The position numbers were made by a program, and so were the translations under genes. A DNA stretch of 51,279 nucleotides, the filler included, from Bipalium vagum (taxonomy: Eukaryota), in the NCBI GenBank assembly GCA_037834085.1. It is 3 parts of 3 records of this genome, joined end to end, with 100 filler letters (N's around TTAATTAATTAA, not from the genome) between each part and the next. Parts side by side here need not be neighbours in the genome. Positions count along the whole stretch, not along the records: positions 1 to 18,349 come from JBBMKC010032031.1; 2 more parts are not named here. One strand, given 5' to 3'. The notes under the pieces are model-generated. The model was given only the letters and a program-made list of their open reading frames with translations, made no database searches and was not told the origin of the DNA. Below, piece after piece: positions 1-13,900 of this stretch; position 1 is the first letter of the stretch, and each line of letters opens with the position of its first letter.

Positions 1-409
1 AAAACTATCCATGTTAAATCGATTGGTTATCCTTTGCTGTGCAATTAATGTTTAAGCTAAATAATTTATTTTAAAAGGTTAATGTCAATACATATTAAAT
101 TTTACTATTTTATTTAAATTTTCACCAGATTATTAATCAAACTGATTAAGTAAAACAAACAGCGAGAATTAATGAAACTACCCAATACACGAGGTTCTTT
201 AATTGTGATAATTGAAATCGATTTATGTCTGGCTCTGTAAGTAATCAATCAGTTTCCATTTTTTACTATGCGCATTTTTAAAATAATATCTTATTGTGCT
301 TTATTCTTATATATTTTATTTCCAATGCATCTGTTTGATTTCCCGGCTTTTTATTAATCCTTAATCACCCGATTTTGGGCATTTTGTTTAAATTTTTGCA
401 TATTCAGAA

Positions 410-630
410 TATACTTAGCACTTTAAAGCTTGGTTACAAAACATTAATTCATTTAAATTACTCTTCAGATATTTCTCCTATAGATTACTATCTTTTCATA
501 GATATGACCAATTGCCTAAGAAATTAGAGGTTCAGTTATCAAAATTTTCACAATGTATTTTCCACTTTCATAGGATCCTTCGGATGACTTTTTAAAAAAG
601 AATATAACGACAAATTTCTATTTATACCCG
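410..630 (+). mobile_element. Mariner transposase C-terminal relic
   Basis: Translates to KLGYKTLIHLNYSSDISPIDYYLF, similar to LGYEVLPHPPYSPDLSPTDYHFF. Confidence 0.7.
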
Positions 631-1064
631 TTTTGTTTAATCTTATTATTTCAAGATTATCTCTAAGCAATTTGATTTATAATTTTTTATTTTAGTTTAG
701 ATTTGAGAAATTCAATGTCAATTTACATTACCCATTTAAATGAAATGGTAATATACAAACTATAAATAAACTTGTAGAACGTTTCGAAAATGTGGTAGTG
801 GTGATTGGTGATTTCTTATGATAAAATAGAAATGTTATGTTTACTTATAGACTTTTAATTTGTAATATTAAAAAGAATATTAACTTCTTCAACCGAATGA
901 GATATATATATTTATATTTACAATATATTTTTTTGTTTTTTTTAATATAATTTAAAATATTTATAATTGAGAAATAAAGAACTCAGTCAAATCACTTTAT
1001 TTAAACCTGTTTTGGAAGTTTGCAACACTGAAAATAATTTTATTTTTTTCTTATTACTTTGCCT

Positions 1065-1105
1065 TCATTCGTTTAAGCAATCATTAATCGCCAGCTGACG
1101 AAATT
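1065..1105 (-). CDS. Calmodulin-like gene, last coding exon (E|[12 protein letters not shown])
   Basis: Poly-T acceptor ttttttttag|AA TTT, phase 1, completes the EF4 position-12 Glu. TGA at 1067-1065; AATAAA on the minus strand at 1044-1039. Confidence 0.8.
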
Positions 1106-1915
1106 CTAAAAAAAATATTATTTTAAAATTAAATAATAAATAACAGACAATTTATATTTTTTCTTATTTTTCAAAAAAATATTAAAATAAAAAAATCAAT
1201 AAAAGATGAACATATTTTTAAGACGTGATGTAATAATAAATATAAATATTTTTTGAAATAATCTGATAAAAATTTACAAAGACAATCAAAATCCTTTCGA
1301 ACTTTTTTAGGTAATTCACATCAAAGAATTTTAAATAAATATAAATCATTATCCCAAAAAACTTCATGATCATTAGAATAATAAGGAAAAATAATTATTG
1401 ATATTATAATTATATAATTAGTGTATTATTGACTATGCCTAAGGAATCTTTACCGGTTAGTTCTAAGATCATTAGGAAACTTTAATTATTTCAAGGTAAT
1501 TAAGAATGTCTGGAAAAGTTGTAGGTAATTATAAAAATCTTGATATTTCTTCCATACTTTCATGAAGTGATGTTTTCAGAATAATTTTATTGTGACTTTA
1601 TTAAAAAAAGACTTCTTCAATCCATGTTCAACTTTATTGGAAAAATATTGATTTAAATTGGTGATTAATAAATTTTTTAAAGAAAAGTTTTTTTTTAAAT
1701 ATATAAAATCTCTTTTCATATTTAAGTAAAATATTTTATTTTTCTGATCATTTATATCAACTTATTTTTTAAACAAACAATTTTAATTTATTTTCAATTT
1801 TCCTCTTTTCTTATATTTTTTTCTTATATATTTTATATATGTATTTTTATTAAAGTTCAGATTACATTGAAATGTAATTAAAAATTAATATCTTAACAAA
1901 ATTTTATTATTATTA

Positions 1916-1967
<52 letters not shown>

Positions 1968-4900
1968 GTATTAATTCACAAAGTCCTAATTAAAACTGGA
2001 AATATAAATATTATTTTCCATTATTGAATTATTTTTGCCAATTGTTCTGCTTTAATTTAATTTGGCTTCAAATTATATCTAAATTACCATCAAAAGTTTC
2101 ATTAATTCAAAGATAATTATTTATTATATTGAAAAATTGCGGCCGTTTGTAACAATTAGAATTTATATTTAGCAGTGACTCAAGAATATTTGAGTGGGTA
2201 AATTTAAGAGGATTCTTAAAAAGAACATAAAAATAAATAATGAAGATTTTTATTTAAGTTTTGGAATTTAAAAATTAAATATATTTATTATTTTAATTAA
2301 AATCCAATGAGGTCTTGCCGACATTCGAAGGATTTTATTAATTTATTTTATCAACTTGCTGCAAATCTATTGGTTAGCTTAACAACGTATTTCGTAAAAT
2401 CGTATATAACCCGCAGAAAAAGTAGCCTAATTCTCGCAAATACTGTTTTTTTCCGCCAATATTAAAATTTTTCCATGTTGGATTATAAAATGATGAATAT
2501 TTAAACAATTTTTCAGGTAGCTGTCGATTAAAGCTGTCCTGAAAAAAGCTGGAGATTTTGATTCAATGAAATTTCAGATTAATTTTTTGACATCTTCAGT
2601 CTTTTTGAACTGAAAATCAGCCAGACAGTGTTGATGAAACCTGAATAAATAATAATCTGATGGCGCCATGTCAGGTGAGTAAGCTCAATACACAAAAGGG
2701 TTTAAATAATTTTATTTATTATTTTTCTAAAATTATTCATTGTATTCAAAAAATTATAAATTCATTTTTTTGGAAAAATTCTAAAAAGAATGAGTTATGG
2801 TAACAGAAACAGCACAATCTCCAAAATTAATATTAGTTAAATTAAATAATATTTTCATTTTAATTCACAAATATAAATAATATAATATCGTGTTAATATT
2901 TTGTAACGTGAAGATTAAAAAGTAGGTTGAATGGAGGCTTAATGTCTAATTCCTATTTATATTTATTTTTGAGTTCATAAAAAGTGATATAATCAATTAT
3001 TTGCATAATAAAATGTCTAAATCCTCTATTCATAAACTCACTTAATTGTGGAAAATATTGCAAAGACATTTTCTCCTTGAAAATAGTTTGTAAGATATAA
3101 CAGACAGAAATAAGTAAAAGAAATCTTTGATTGAAGTGCTTTTAGTTATAACAAGATTTTTGAAGCTTAATTTTACCCATATGATTTTTTACGCCTGATA
3201 TAAATAAATGGAGAAAAAATAAACAAATATCGTTAATGTTTATTGGTCATAATGAAGATATATTCTATGTCGTATTGGAACCCTAAAAGTGCTTTGCAAA
3301 TAAAATTAGTAAGGTGGTACGTGAAATATATTTTACTGATTTTTGATTTCTTATACAAAAGGCGAGTTTTGCAGTACAAAGGACATATTCTATGTGTCCT
3401 ACAGTACGTTAACAAATACCCTGTTCAAAGAAAATTGAAGATAAAAACATGCATAATGGCAAACAAATTTCTTGTTTTTAACAGAGTCCCAGCTACAGTA
3501 CAATAAATATGAACAAATACTATTTTAGTCTTTAATAATTGACAGAACCGCTTTTAGCCTTGATGACTTCCGCAAGTCTTGCTGGCATGGAACGGCCTGG
3601 ATTAGATGACCATTGTTTTTGGATCTAACTACATTGTATCCAAGATATATAGCCTCAATAGGTGTACATTTTTCATGAAGGATTTCTTTAGCAGCTGTAA
3701 TAAGTATACTTGGGCATTTATTACCTTTAAATACCATTCAGTATTGCACTTTTAGATAGATCTGGTGCGGCCATTTGAAGTGAAGGGTTCCTAAAAATGG
3801 CACTAGCAAGATACTTAATTGTAGAGGAAAATAATTGAAAAATTTTCAATTATCATCGTCACAGTAGCAATGTTTTAAGAATGAGGATTCATGACTTCTC
3901 CTTCACAATGGTGCTCCATGTTACATAAGTCATAGGATAAAAGATTGAATTGTGATAAAAGGATGAAATATGCTAGACTTTCTTTGACAAAACCCTTATT
4001 TAAATCCTATAAAAAATCTTTGGTTTGAAGAAGTATTTTAAGTGTACATCGGTAATTGAGGATATGCTCAATCGAAATACCTATTTATCAGAAATGGTAC
4101 AGTCATCTGAATCTCAGCAAAGTTCCTAAATAAAATTTCCCGTACTTCTTTTGTGAATTGCGACCAGGAGTTGTGAACTTAAAATCCTTGTCTCATTCTC
4201 TGATCGTTTTTCACGCAACACCTACCTCAGACTGATTAACTGGTCTCGGTAAAAGTTCATGTAATTATTTTTTCATAATCGGATTACAAGTCTCACAAAG
4301 AAATTGATGAATTTGAGAAAATCTAGTATAAAGATGGTCTCAAAACTACAAAATTACATCAATTCTTAATAAATAATAATCCTGGTATGAGCAGAACAAA
4401 AGTTGGTAAAAGATTCACGATAATCCTATCGAATACAAGTGTTACAGAAAAGTAAACAATTGTTTAACCTTTGAATAAAACTAGTTTTCTTTTATTTTTT
4501 TATAAAAATAAATCTCATACATTCTCATCCCACCATCCCAAACTTCAACAAGTCTCATACAATACTTATTGTGAAAGAGTACAATACCTTTACCTCCCTA
4601 AAGGCTCCAATTATAAATAATTTATTATAAAAATTTATTATTATTATTATTATTTTGTAGTTATAATTACTAAAAATTGAGCAAATATAGACTGAAATGA
4701 AAAGTAGACGAAAGAAATCAAAGTGGTCAACTGTCCACCCAATGTGTATAATTATTTTCAGATCTGTGATCTGTGATCCGTGAAACTTGTAATTATATTT
4801 TCGTAAAATATAAAATAAATAATTTATTTTTTCACCTGAAAAGTCGATCACCCCGTCACTGTTAATATCTGCGTAGAGCATTATTTCATCAATTTCTCCA

Positions 4901-7900
4901 TCTGTCAGGTTTTCTCCAATATTACACATGACCGTTTTCAATTCTCTTCGACTCACTTTGCCATTTCCTACAGTTTTGGTAAATGTATATAAATATTGAG
5001 AAAATATATAAAAATAATTGACAATTTAATATTCGTTTCTCATGATCCATTAAATGATGACATATATACAACTCTCAACTTATCATGACAGAAGGCTTCC
5101 TTTTTAATAGCAACTTATTTTCGAGAGTGAATTAGTAAAATTCTTCAATGGAAAATGATTGGAAAATATTAGCGTCAATTTAATATTATTTTATTGATAT
5201 TTCGTTCAATATGGAACATCATTATTATGTGACTTCGTCTCTAACTAGGTCAGATGTTTTAAATTAGAAAGGTTCAATGCACCATGTTCACTAATGAAAT
5301 ACGTCTTATCTTGTATCATTTATTTTCCATGTTCTTGTAGCTAAATTAGTTAAGTCGCACTTAGAAAAATATCATGAGAAAATTTTCCTAAAGTAAGATT
5401 TTCGAAAGGATTCATTTATGATCTTGGCACATGTTTTGCAAATTGTTATTTATTTTTTACACTATTATAAATAGAGAGCCAGAATTTTGCCTTTGCAAGT
5501 AGAAATAATCCAGTTACAATAATCATGGTAATCTAATTGTAAAAATATAAAGACTGGCATTCAGCTCTCAAGAAATTATTATTATCCCTTTGATTATTAA
5601 TTTCTTTCTGTCACTAGTGAACTTTGATAATATATATTATTATCTCTTGAGAAGAAATAATAATATTTATTGAAATAATATCAAAGGATTAATTTGGAAA
5701 ATAATATATAATTTATAATAATCAACTTAAAATTAATGTAACAGGTTAAATTTAACTATTTATTGCAATTATAACTTTTGTTTTAACGATTAGTTATTTT
5801 GGAGTAGGTACAAAATTAATGAACTCGTTTCTGTTACGTCTATGGAGCATCCCAAAATAAAAACATTCTATTGATTGTGATTTTTTTATATTGGAAAAAC
5901 ATTATGATTCTTTTTTATTTTTACTTCTTTCTTTTAACTTGTAAAGTTTTAAACTGTCGGTTAATAATAAAAAGTGTAAACTAGCACTCAATAATTATTA
6001 TTATTATTATTGATTTGTTGTTATTATTATTAGTTTTATTAACAAATAAATTATAAAAAAACAATAAAAATAAAAATATATATTATAAATTACTATTTTT
6101 AGTAAATTATAAAATATAATATTTGTAATTTCTAAAAATAGAAATTTAAAACAAAGGAAATTGTATTTTGGGAAAATTATAAATAACTAATAATAAAATA
6201 TTTAAAGGAAAAAATCTATATAAACAGCAAAATTTTTATAATCTCAGACAGAAAAATATTAGAACCAGAGAGAACTGTTAAAAGAAATATCAGTAAACAA
6301 ATACCTGCTTGCAAGGAAAGCGTGGCTGCATAAAAAAGTTTTATGAAAATTGATAGAGTGTAGGATACTATTAGGCGGATATAAATACCTTTGTGTTTTA
6401 GTATAAAACAAACAAAAGAAAACACTCAACGGACAGATTATCAAAAAAAACCATCCTAGACGAAGACCAAAAAAAATTTTAATTTTGCAGTAATTATTAT
6501 TTTATTCAATATTCTATTCAATATTATCGAAACAGCAGTGCACCAATTTATTAATTTATCAACCTAAACTAAAAATAAAAACCTCTTCAAGCAATCCTTG
6601 AGTTCAAATATTCTTAAAAATAAATACTCGATTTTTAGTCGAGAATTAAATAAATTTTTGTTGTTACCCCTTGTTCTTCACTTTTTGTTTAAATTTTACA
6701 CAGTTGCTAGCTGGTAAACTTATTAGGACTTTAGCATACTAGACCGCATCTGTATCTAAAGGTATCTAGACTCGACAGTTTTAATCTATTGACCATTTTA
6801 AAATTAATCAGTGTAAAATTCTATCAAGAAAGATTATTCTATTTGTTTATTTAGTTATTTTATATTGTGATAAGTTTCATTTACTGTTTTAAACGTTCAT
6901 CCGTAAATCCTTCTGATATCAAATATTTTGTTAAATTACCTAATCGTCCTGCATTAGTTTTTCTCAACCCACTCAAAATCACTCACTTTTTAGGAACTTA
7001 ACACGTCTAAGCCTCAGACAACTGAAAGATACAAAAGTACCTTTTCACATATTTCAACATTGAAAATTATTTTTCAGGAAGTCATATTAATCTGAATTGT
7101 TTGAAATCTCAATAGTTTTGATTCTCATCGTTTCCCTATGTCATTTATTAAACAGATTTATTTTATGTCAACAGAAAAATCAACTATACAAAGTATATCG
7201 CTATTGCAATTACGAATTAAATCTAATTAAGTAATGCGTACGTAATATAAAACTTTAGAGTTTAATTTTGATTTGTTTCAACGCATTATTTTAGTTATGT
7301 TCTCTATTCAACCGATATAATATGTAAAATTATCATGTTTTAATTTAATTTTTGTTTTAATTTAAATCAGATTTTCGTAAAAATGTTTCTAACAAAATTG
7401 ATAATAATAAAACAAAAAAAGTAAATGATTTATTGTAAATACTGTTTAAAATGTCAATGGAGTAAGAATAAGAAAAAAAGAAATAAAAGAAAAGAAAACT
7501 TTAACAAATAATGAAAGTGTTAGAAAACATCTTTGGAATATTTTTGTTTAAATCTTTTAATTAAATTTTTTTGCCTTAATAATAAAAGAAAATAATAATA
7601 ATTTACCTAATAATATATTAAAAAATTATGTATAATATAATATATATTTTTAAATATTTTAAATAAACAAACTTTAAAGAATAAAAAATTTATTATTTTA
7701 CAAAAGTAAAATTTAAAATAAGACTATTTTAACACTGATTAATACACAATAAAATCAATTTTCATTAAAAAAAAACACTTCAGAGTCAGATATAAAATAA
7801 ACTGCAAAAAATATCATAACATTTTTAAATGAATCTTAAATAAAAAAAATTGTCGAAATTTCAAAGATAGACAAAGAACCCTTTGAGTATATTTAAATAA

Positions 7901-10900
7901 AAATATTACCTTTCCTATCAAAAACTTTGAAAACATCTTTCAAGTCGGTTTCTAGATCACTGTCCTTGATCCGACGGTTCATAAGGATACAGAATTCTTC
8001 AAAGTCAATTTGTCCATTACCTTAGAAAGTACTTTTTCAGATACCTTACAAATAATGTTTCAAATATGTTTGATCATAATCTGGCGAGTGTTGAGAACAA
8101 TATTGTTTACATTTTACATATGAACATTAATATATCAAACTCCACACGCTTTATTATTTATTTGGGCATCACGTATCTTAGTATTCAGTTAAGTTTTATT
8201 TCACAGCCCATTGAGATTCTGTATTATTATAGTAATAGTAATTATTATTATTATTATCATTATATACTAACCAATGATAATTATTACTTATATGTTATTT
8301 TATTAACTAAGTACACAATAACCTGACTCTAATATCAATAACGATAGCCTTCATTATCCCAAAAAACCCTTCAAAAATCAATAACAAATACATCAAAAAA
8401 TTTTTTTGATCGTGTCACATAATCAATATAAAAAAAATTTTAATAGTCTATGCCCATTCTACGATTATTTGAAAACCCTTTATATATTAATAAGTTCTAT
8501 TTACCTAATAGACTAATAAAAATTTAAAATAACAATAATGTGTTAACACAACTGAAAGTAAATAAAAAACAAAATAATTAAATTCAAACCCTTATCAACC
8601 CAATCCTCGGTAGTTACTTCTACCCGGGTCCTTATAGCTATGAACTAGACATCAAACTACTTGAGAACCAAAGGGTAATCCTTGATATGATTAACCATCA
8701 TATGGACGAAACATATGTTTTAGTGACCTTTTCAACACAAAACAAACGTCGATAACTTTTTCAAACTATGTCTTAAACAGTATTTTTTAACTTTAATGAA
8801 ATACAATAGAATGAAAAATTCACTTGTATACAAAAATAACTTTAGTGTTAAATGGGAGGTTTGGTGAAAGAGACAATGAAAATCTAATTCTTGACCAAAA
8901 AAAGTAATAGTATATATGAAGGACCATATATATGGTCCTTCAAAATATATGCCTTTTCAATCATTTTTTCTGCGTATCCGGAATATTCATCTTCTACATG
9001 ACGTGATGGAATACTACACCTACACCATTCACCTTTATTCGATTATGAACTTATTTGAACTTTGTTCGATTATTCCATTACCAATAACTAACAACCATCA
9101 ATTTGGACAGCCAACAAGTTTTCTCACAATACTCTTGGGTTAAAAATGTATTCCTTGTAATGCATATTTTTCCATAAAAATAAATCTTACTAGTGGAATT
9201 AATTGCTAATTACTTTATTGGTTGAATTTCAAAATAAATTATTCCTTTGTAATCCTACCATATTAACAACATGACATTTCTTTGATGAATATCAGCTTTA
9301 GATGTCGTTAAAGCTCATTCGCCATGTATGAACCAGCATCTTTTGAGTTAAATATTGTTGTAGACGATCCACTTTTCAACCTTAGATACCAGATGTTTCA
9401 ATAACTGTTCATTTTGGTTTCGCTGTAAAGGAAAATCACAAGTAGTGATGCATACCCAAACATCTGAAAACCATCTCAAATGATCATCAAGGGTTATTTT
9501 GATGAATTAAATATTTCTGCAAACTGATGTACTGTTACATGAAGATTGCCATTAACCTTTCAATAATCCCTAATAATATCTGTTGACTAGTCACAGTGTA
9601 TTTGAAGGGAAAAATTACGTCTTCGAAATTTTTTGAATCATTTCTGACATATTCATAACTTTATTATATCATTACTTTAAATACCACAAATCTTTTGATG
9701 TTAGTTTGTTGTTTTTTTTTGTAATAATATAATAAACATGAAGGATATGTCCATTTTTATTATCCATTTTGAAATGACACCAAATATTAATATATTTTAA
9801 TCGATTAAGATAAATTTTAAAAATTTAAACCATATTTAAATTATATTTTTTTTTGTTTAAATTTTAATTCCCGTGCATCAGACTTAATTTTATTTTATTT
9901 CCATCAGAAAAGATTTATCAGATCAGAAATAAATCCGGAAAGTCTCGAATATTTGTCTTTTATTAAATTTCACTTATAAATATAAACATTAATTTAAAAG
10001 ATTCCATAAGGTAAAAAGTGTCAATTATTTATTTTAATTTGTTAATATTAAATGTTAAATATCTTGATTTATCTTCTGATAATAATTAATAGGGTGGTGC
10101 AAAATTTCGTGCTCAAAATTATTTATTTATTTACAACAACATTAGTCTTCAAAATAAAGTTCAACAGCTTCAATGATTTTACCAATCACCAATCTGCCAG
10201 AATTGTTATCTGCTCAAAGTACCAATTTCTTTGCTTTGATTCGAAAAACTCTTTACAAGCCAACTCAATTTCAGCTCCAGATTCTTTTGCATCAACGTAG
10301 TAAAACTAAGAAAATGGACCAGAAAAAAACTTCAATATTTCTCTGATTTCATGTAATCCTGCAGCATAATAAAGGATGGTTATGGTGAACCAGTAGGATA
10401 AATAAAAATAATTAAGTTGCTTAAACCAATTTGTGAGAATTATTAATAAAATTAAAAAATCAATTCAAAATTATTTGTTGTTTAAATAATTCGGTTGTCG
10501 GCAGATAAGTTGTTTTGAATACATTTGAAAGCGTGTTTATTTTTTATGATTCCAGATATATATTATGATTGCTGTAATTAATATAAATTTTATTAAAATT
10601 AATAACTATTAATAACTAACAAAAATATTTACCAAAATTTAACCATTAAAAATACTTTTATAAAATCTCCATCAATCGTAGCTGATATTATCAAGAAATT
10701 TATTTATTTTTAATTTTTAAATTTTTCTTAAAATCTAATCACATTATAATCCTTGGACCAGCTGTCTTTTATCGGAAGTTGAAAATGAGATCAAAATATG
10801 AGGCAGTAAAAATAATTTTTATTTTTCTCTAAATTTAATAAAATAATATAAGAATAATTTCAAAAAATTAAATTCTATGATTAAAAACGTAAATTATAAA

Positions 10901-13900
10901 AAAAAATTTTCAATATTTACAATTTTTAAAAATTGTAGAAAATTAAAATCCTTAGCCTAATGTAAAATAAGGAAAAAACTGAAAAAATATTCGTGAGAAA
11001 ACAGTTTTTTAATTTCGTTTTAATTGACTCTTGGTTCAATTTTAAAAGGATTATTGAAAAATATTATAAAAAATTATTTTTTAAATTTTAAATAGTTTTC
11101 AATTTGCGTTTTTAATAGGGGCCAAATTTTACATTTTTTTCAAACACATCACTGACTTTCGTTTTATGCTCACTGGAAACAAGAGCATGATCTTAAATCA
11201 AAACTGGATTATTGAGATTTTCAATGATAATTTATATTTTCAATATCGAAACCTTGCGTGAGCTCCTTTGTATATTGTGGCCAAATAAAAGTAATTGATT
11301 TTTTGTACTGAACTTCATGGTTTGTTCAAAAAGAATTTTTAGATTATCAGCAAAGCCTGTAACTGTCATTTGCCGATTCTTCTGAATCAATTTCTCAAGC
11401 TTTTCTTAATTTTTCTCATTATTTAATGTTGATTGACGACCATCTCTTTCTTCATCATGCATAGATTTGTGTCCTCTTTTAAATTCTGTCACCAAGAACA
11501 GTATGGTGAATTTTGAGGGGCACTTATCCTTATAAGCTGTTGCAAGACTGAAAAAAAATCTCCTGATTGGATTGGTCTAGCAATAGGTAAAATCTAATGG
11601 CACTGCGATATTCAACTGTTTAAATGTTCTCGACAGACAAAGACATGTTTAAAAGCGGACGTCAATAAAATAAACACACACGAATGAATTTCTGCATAGT
11701 AACTATCACACATTGGTAGTTTTAAATGATATACAAATCTTTTAAAAAGTAACATGCTTATTCAGCTTGTCGAGAAACCTTTTGAACGAACTGCTGAGAT
11801 TTATGTTTATTAAAAACTGATATGATATTTCTATCATTTTTCCAAAAATTTTACAAGGAGATTTATTCACCATAAGGGTACCAAAAACGAAGATAACTGG
11901 GGAAATTCTGCTTCCTCGAAAAGGTCTTCTGTCTCAAATTATTACGGGTCAAGGAAAATTGACCGGTTTAAAAAAGTTAAATAAAAAGTATCGAACGGAT
12001 AATGTTAATAATAAAAAAACGTTCACAAATTAAAATTTTATTTTATTAATAAATCTTTAATTTTCGTGAAATCTGTAATGTCAGACAAAATAAAAAGATT
12101 ACCATCAATGTCTATTTCGTTTATCATATCTTGTAATTCGGCTTCTGTTGGATTTTGTCCAAGACCTCTCATAACCAATCCTAGCTCTTCTGAGGTTATA
12201 AGCCCTTTCCCAGTTTTATCAAATAAAGAGAATATCTCTTGTATTTCTTAAAATTAATGCCTTTGAGTTAGGAAAACATTATTATCGTGATATAATTAAA
12301 TTATTAAATAAATTAAACAGAATAATTTATATTTCAGTGTGGATGGGATTCTAAAGGAACTGTTTGAGTAATCTTTTGTTGTTTAGTTTTAGAAAAATTA
12401 CTTTATGTCAGACCTAATTATTTAAATGATTAATTAAATTAGTTTACAAATGATCTTGTAGATGTCTTCATTGAATTGTATTAATGAGTATAAACGCTTA
12501 TGCTTGTCAGGATAAAAGAAGAAAAAGATAACAATTAAGGTTTTGTTATTAAGCAGTTATAACAAATATAATTGTGATAATTATGTCGTAATTAATATTA
12601 ATAAGTGTACAAATAAGTTTTAAAGCGTTTTTACAAAACGTATTTCTTCAATGTAATCTTTAATACTAATTATTTTTTGTCAACATTTTTTATTAATTAT
12701 TAAGATTTAATAATCCATTAATAATCAATGTTTAAACGTAATATTTTAGATATAGAAACTAAGGATAATAAAGTCTGTATTTGGCGCAGTATTCGCTATG
12801 AATTTAATCAGAGAAAATCCGCTGTGACTGGCTCTGCATCGATATGTTCCATATTTAGAGATTGTGTTGTTTCCAATCGATACTTCTGAATTTTAGTTTC
12901 GCAGATTTCGGGTAAGATTTCTACTTGAACAATCATGAACGTTTTGTGCTGCTTCTAAGGTTAAATCTGCCGAACTTCAAGCTATGCTAGTTATAAATTC
13001 AACACAAACCACAAGAGAGACTTGCTGAAAACCTTTGAGTAACTTAACAAACGATTCCCAATCAATTTTGTGCCATGGGAAAAATTCAAAAAATGCAAAG
13101 TGCATACCGAAAACATTGAGTCATAAAAATACAGATGACTCTATCATCGTGAGCATAGGAAATCTTTTTATGAAAAATACTCACTGATGACAAAAAATGG
13201 ATCTCTTTCGAAAATCCTAAAGCATTTGGTAGGCCCGGGTCAATCAACAGACAGTATATCAAAACATCCAGTTCATTGCAAAAAGCTATGTTGTGTATCT
13301 CGTGGGATATCAATGATGTGCTGTTTCATGAAACGGATGAAACCGTTCAGGGTGATCTCTAAAAGGCTACTAACATTTGGATGGGAATTTCTGCAACATC
13401 TGGCATATAGTCCCGATATCACTCCAACAGACTATCATATGTTTCGCTCAATGCAAAATTCTTTGACTTATGTACGTTTCCGATGCTTGAAGAAAACTGA
13501 AAATTAGTTCATGATTTCATCAAGTCAAAGGTTGAAAACCTTTTTGTATCGGAATTCACTCTTTGTCTGAAAATGGCGTGATGTGATAGACAAAAATGGT
13601 AAATATCTTTAAAACTAACTGTATCATATTTTTTATAATAAATGTTGAAACTTTTAAAAATCGCTCTCACTCTTATTTGTTTTTACCGTCAAGATCAATT
13701 TTTATTTTGTTTATAAAATGAGAATTTTCTGACAAGTCTTCTCGTAATTTCCATCAAGCTTTGATTTAATGATAATCTGCAACATTGACATTAATAGCTT
13801 TACCATTCTTAACTTACATCACAGTTTATTGTGATCAGTGATCACTGATCAAGATCATTCTAAGATCATATTACGAGAGAAAGTTTGAAATTATATTATA

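Noticed and set aside
2579-2640. Alternative last exon for the calmodulin-like gene ([20 protein letters not shown]), and a plus-strand exon-like segment 2517-2674
   Set aside because: The former puts Gly at EF4 position 12 and fits worse than 1065-1105; the latter has no partner exons or recognisable product.
4555-4835. Hydrophobic C-terminus of the 133-aa EF-hand ORF
   Set aside because: Intron read-through; the donor at 4835 splices to 1105 and restores the EF4 Glu.
5565-5695. Imperfect nested inverted repeats
   Set aside because: Short, AT-rich and without a TSD; cannot be distinguished from chance.
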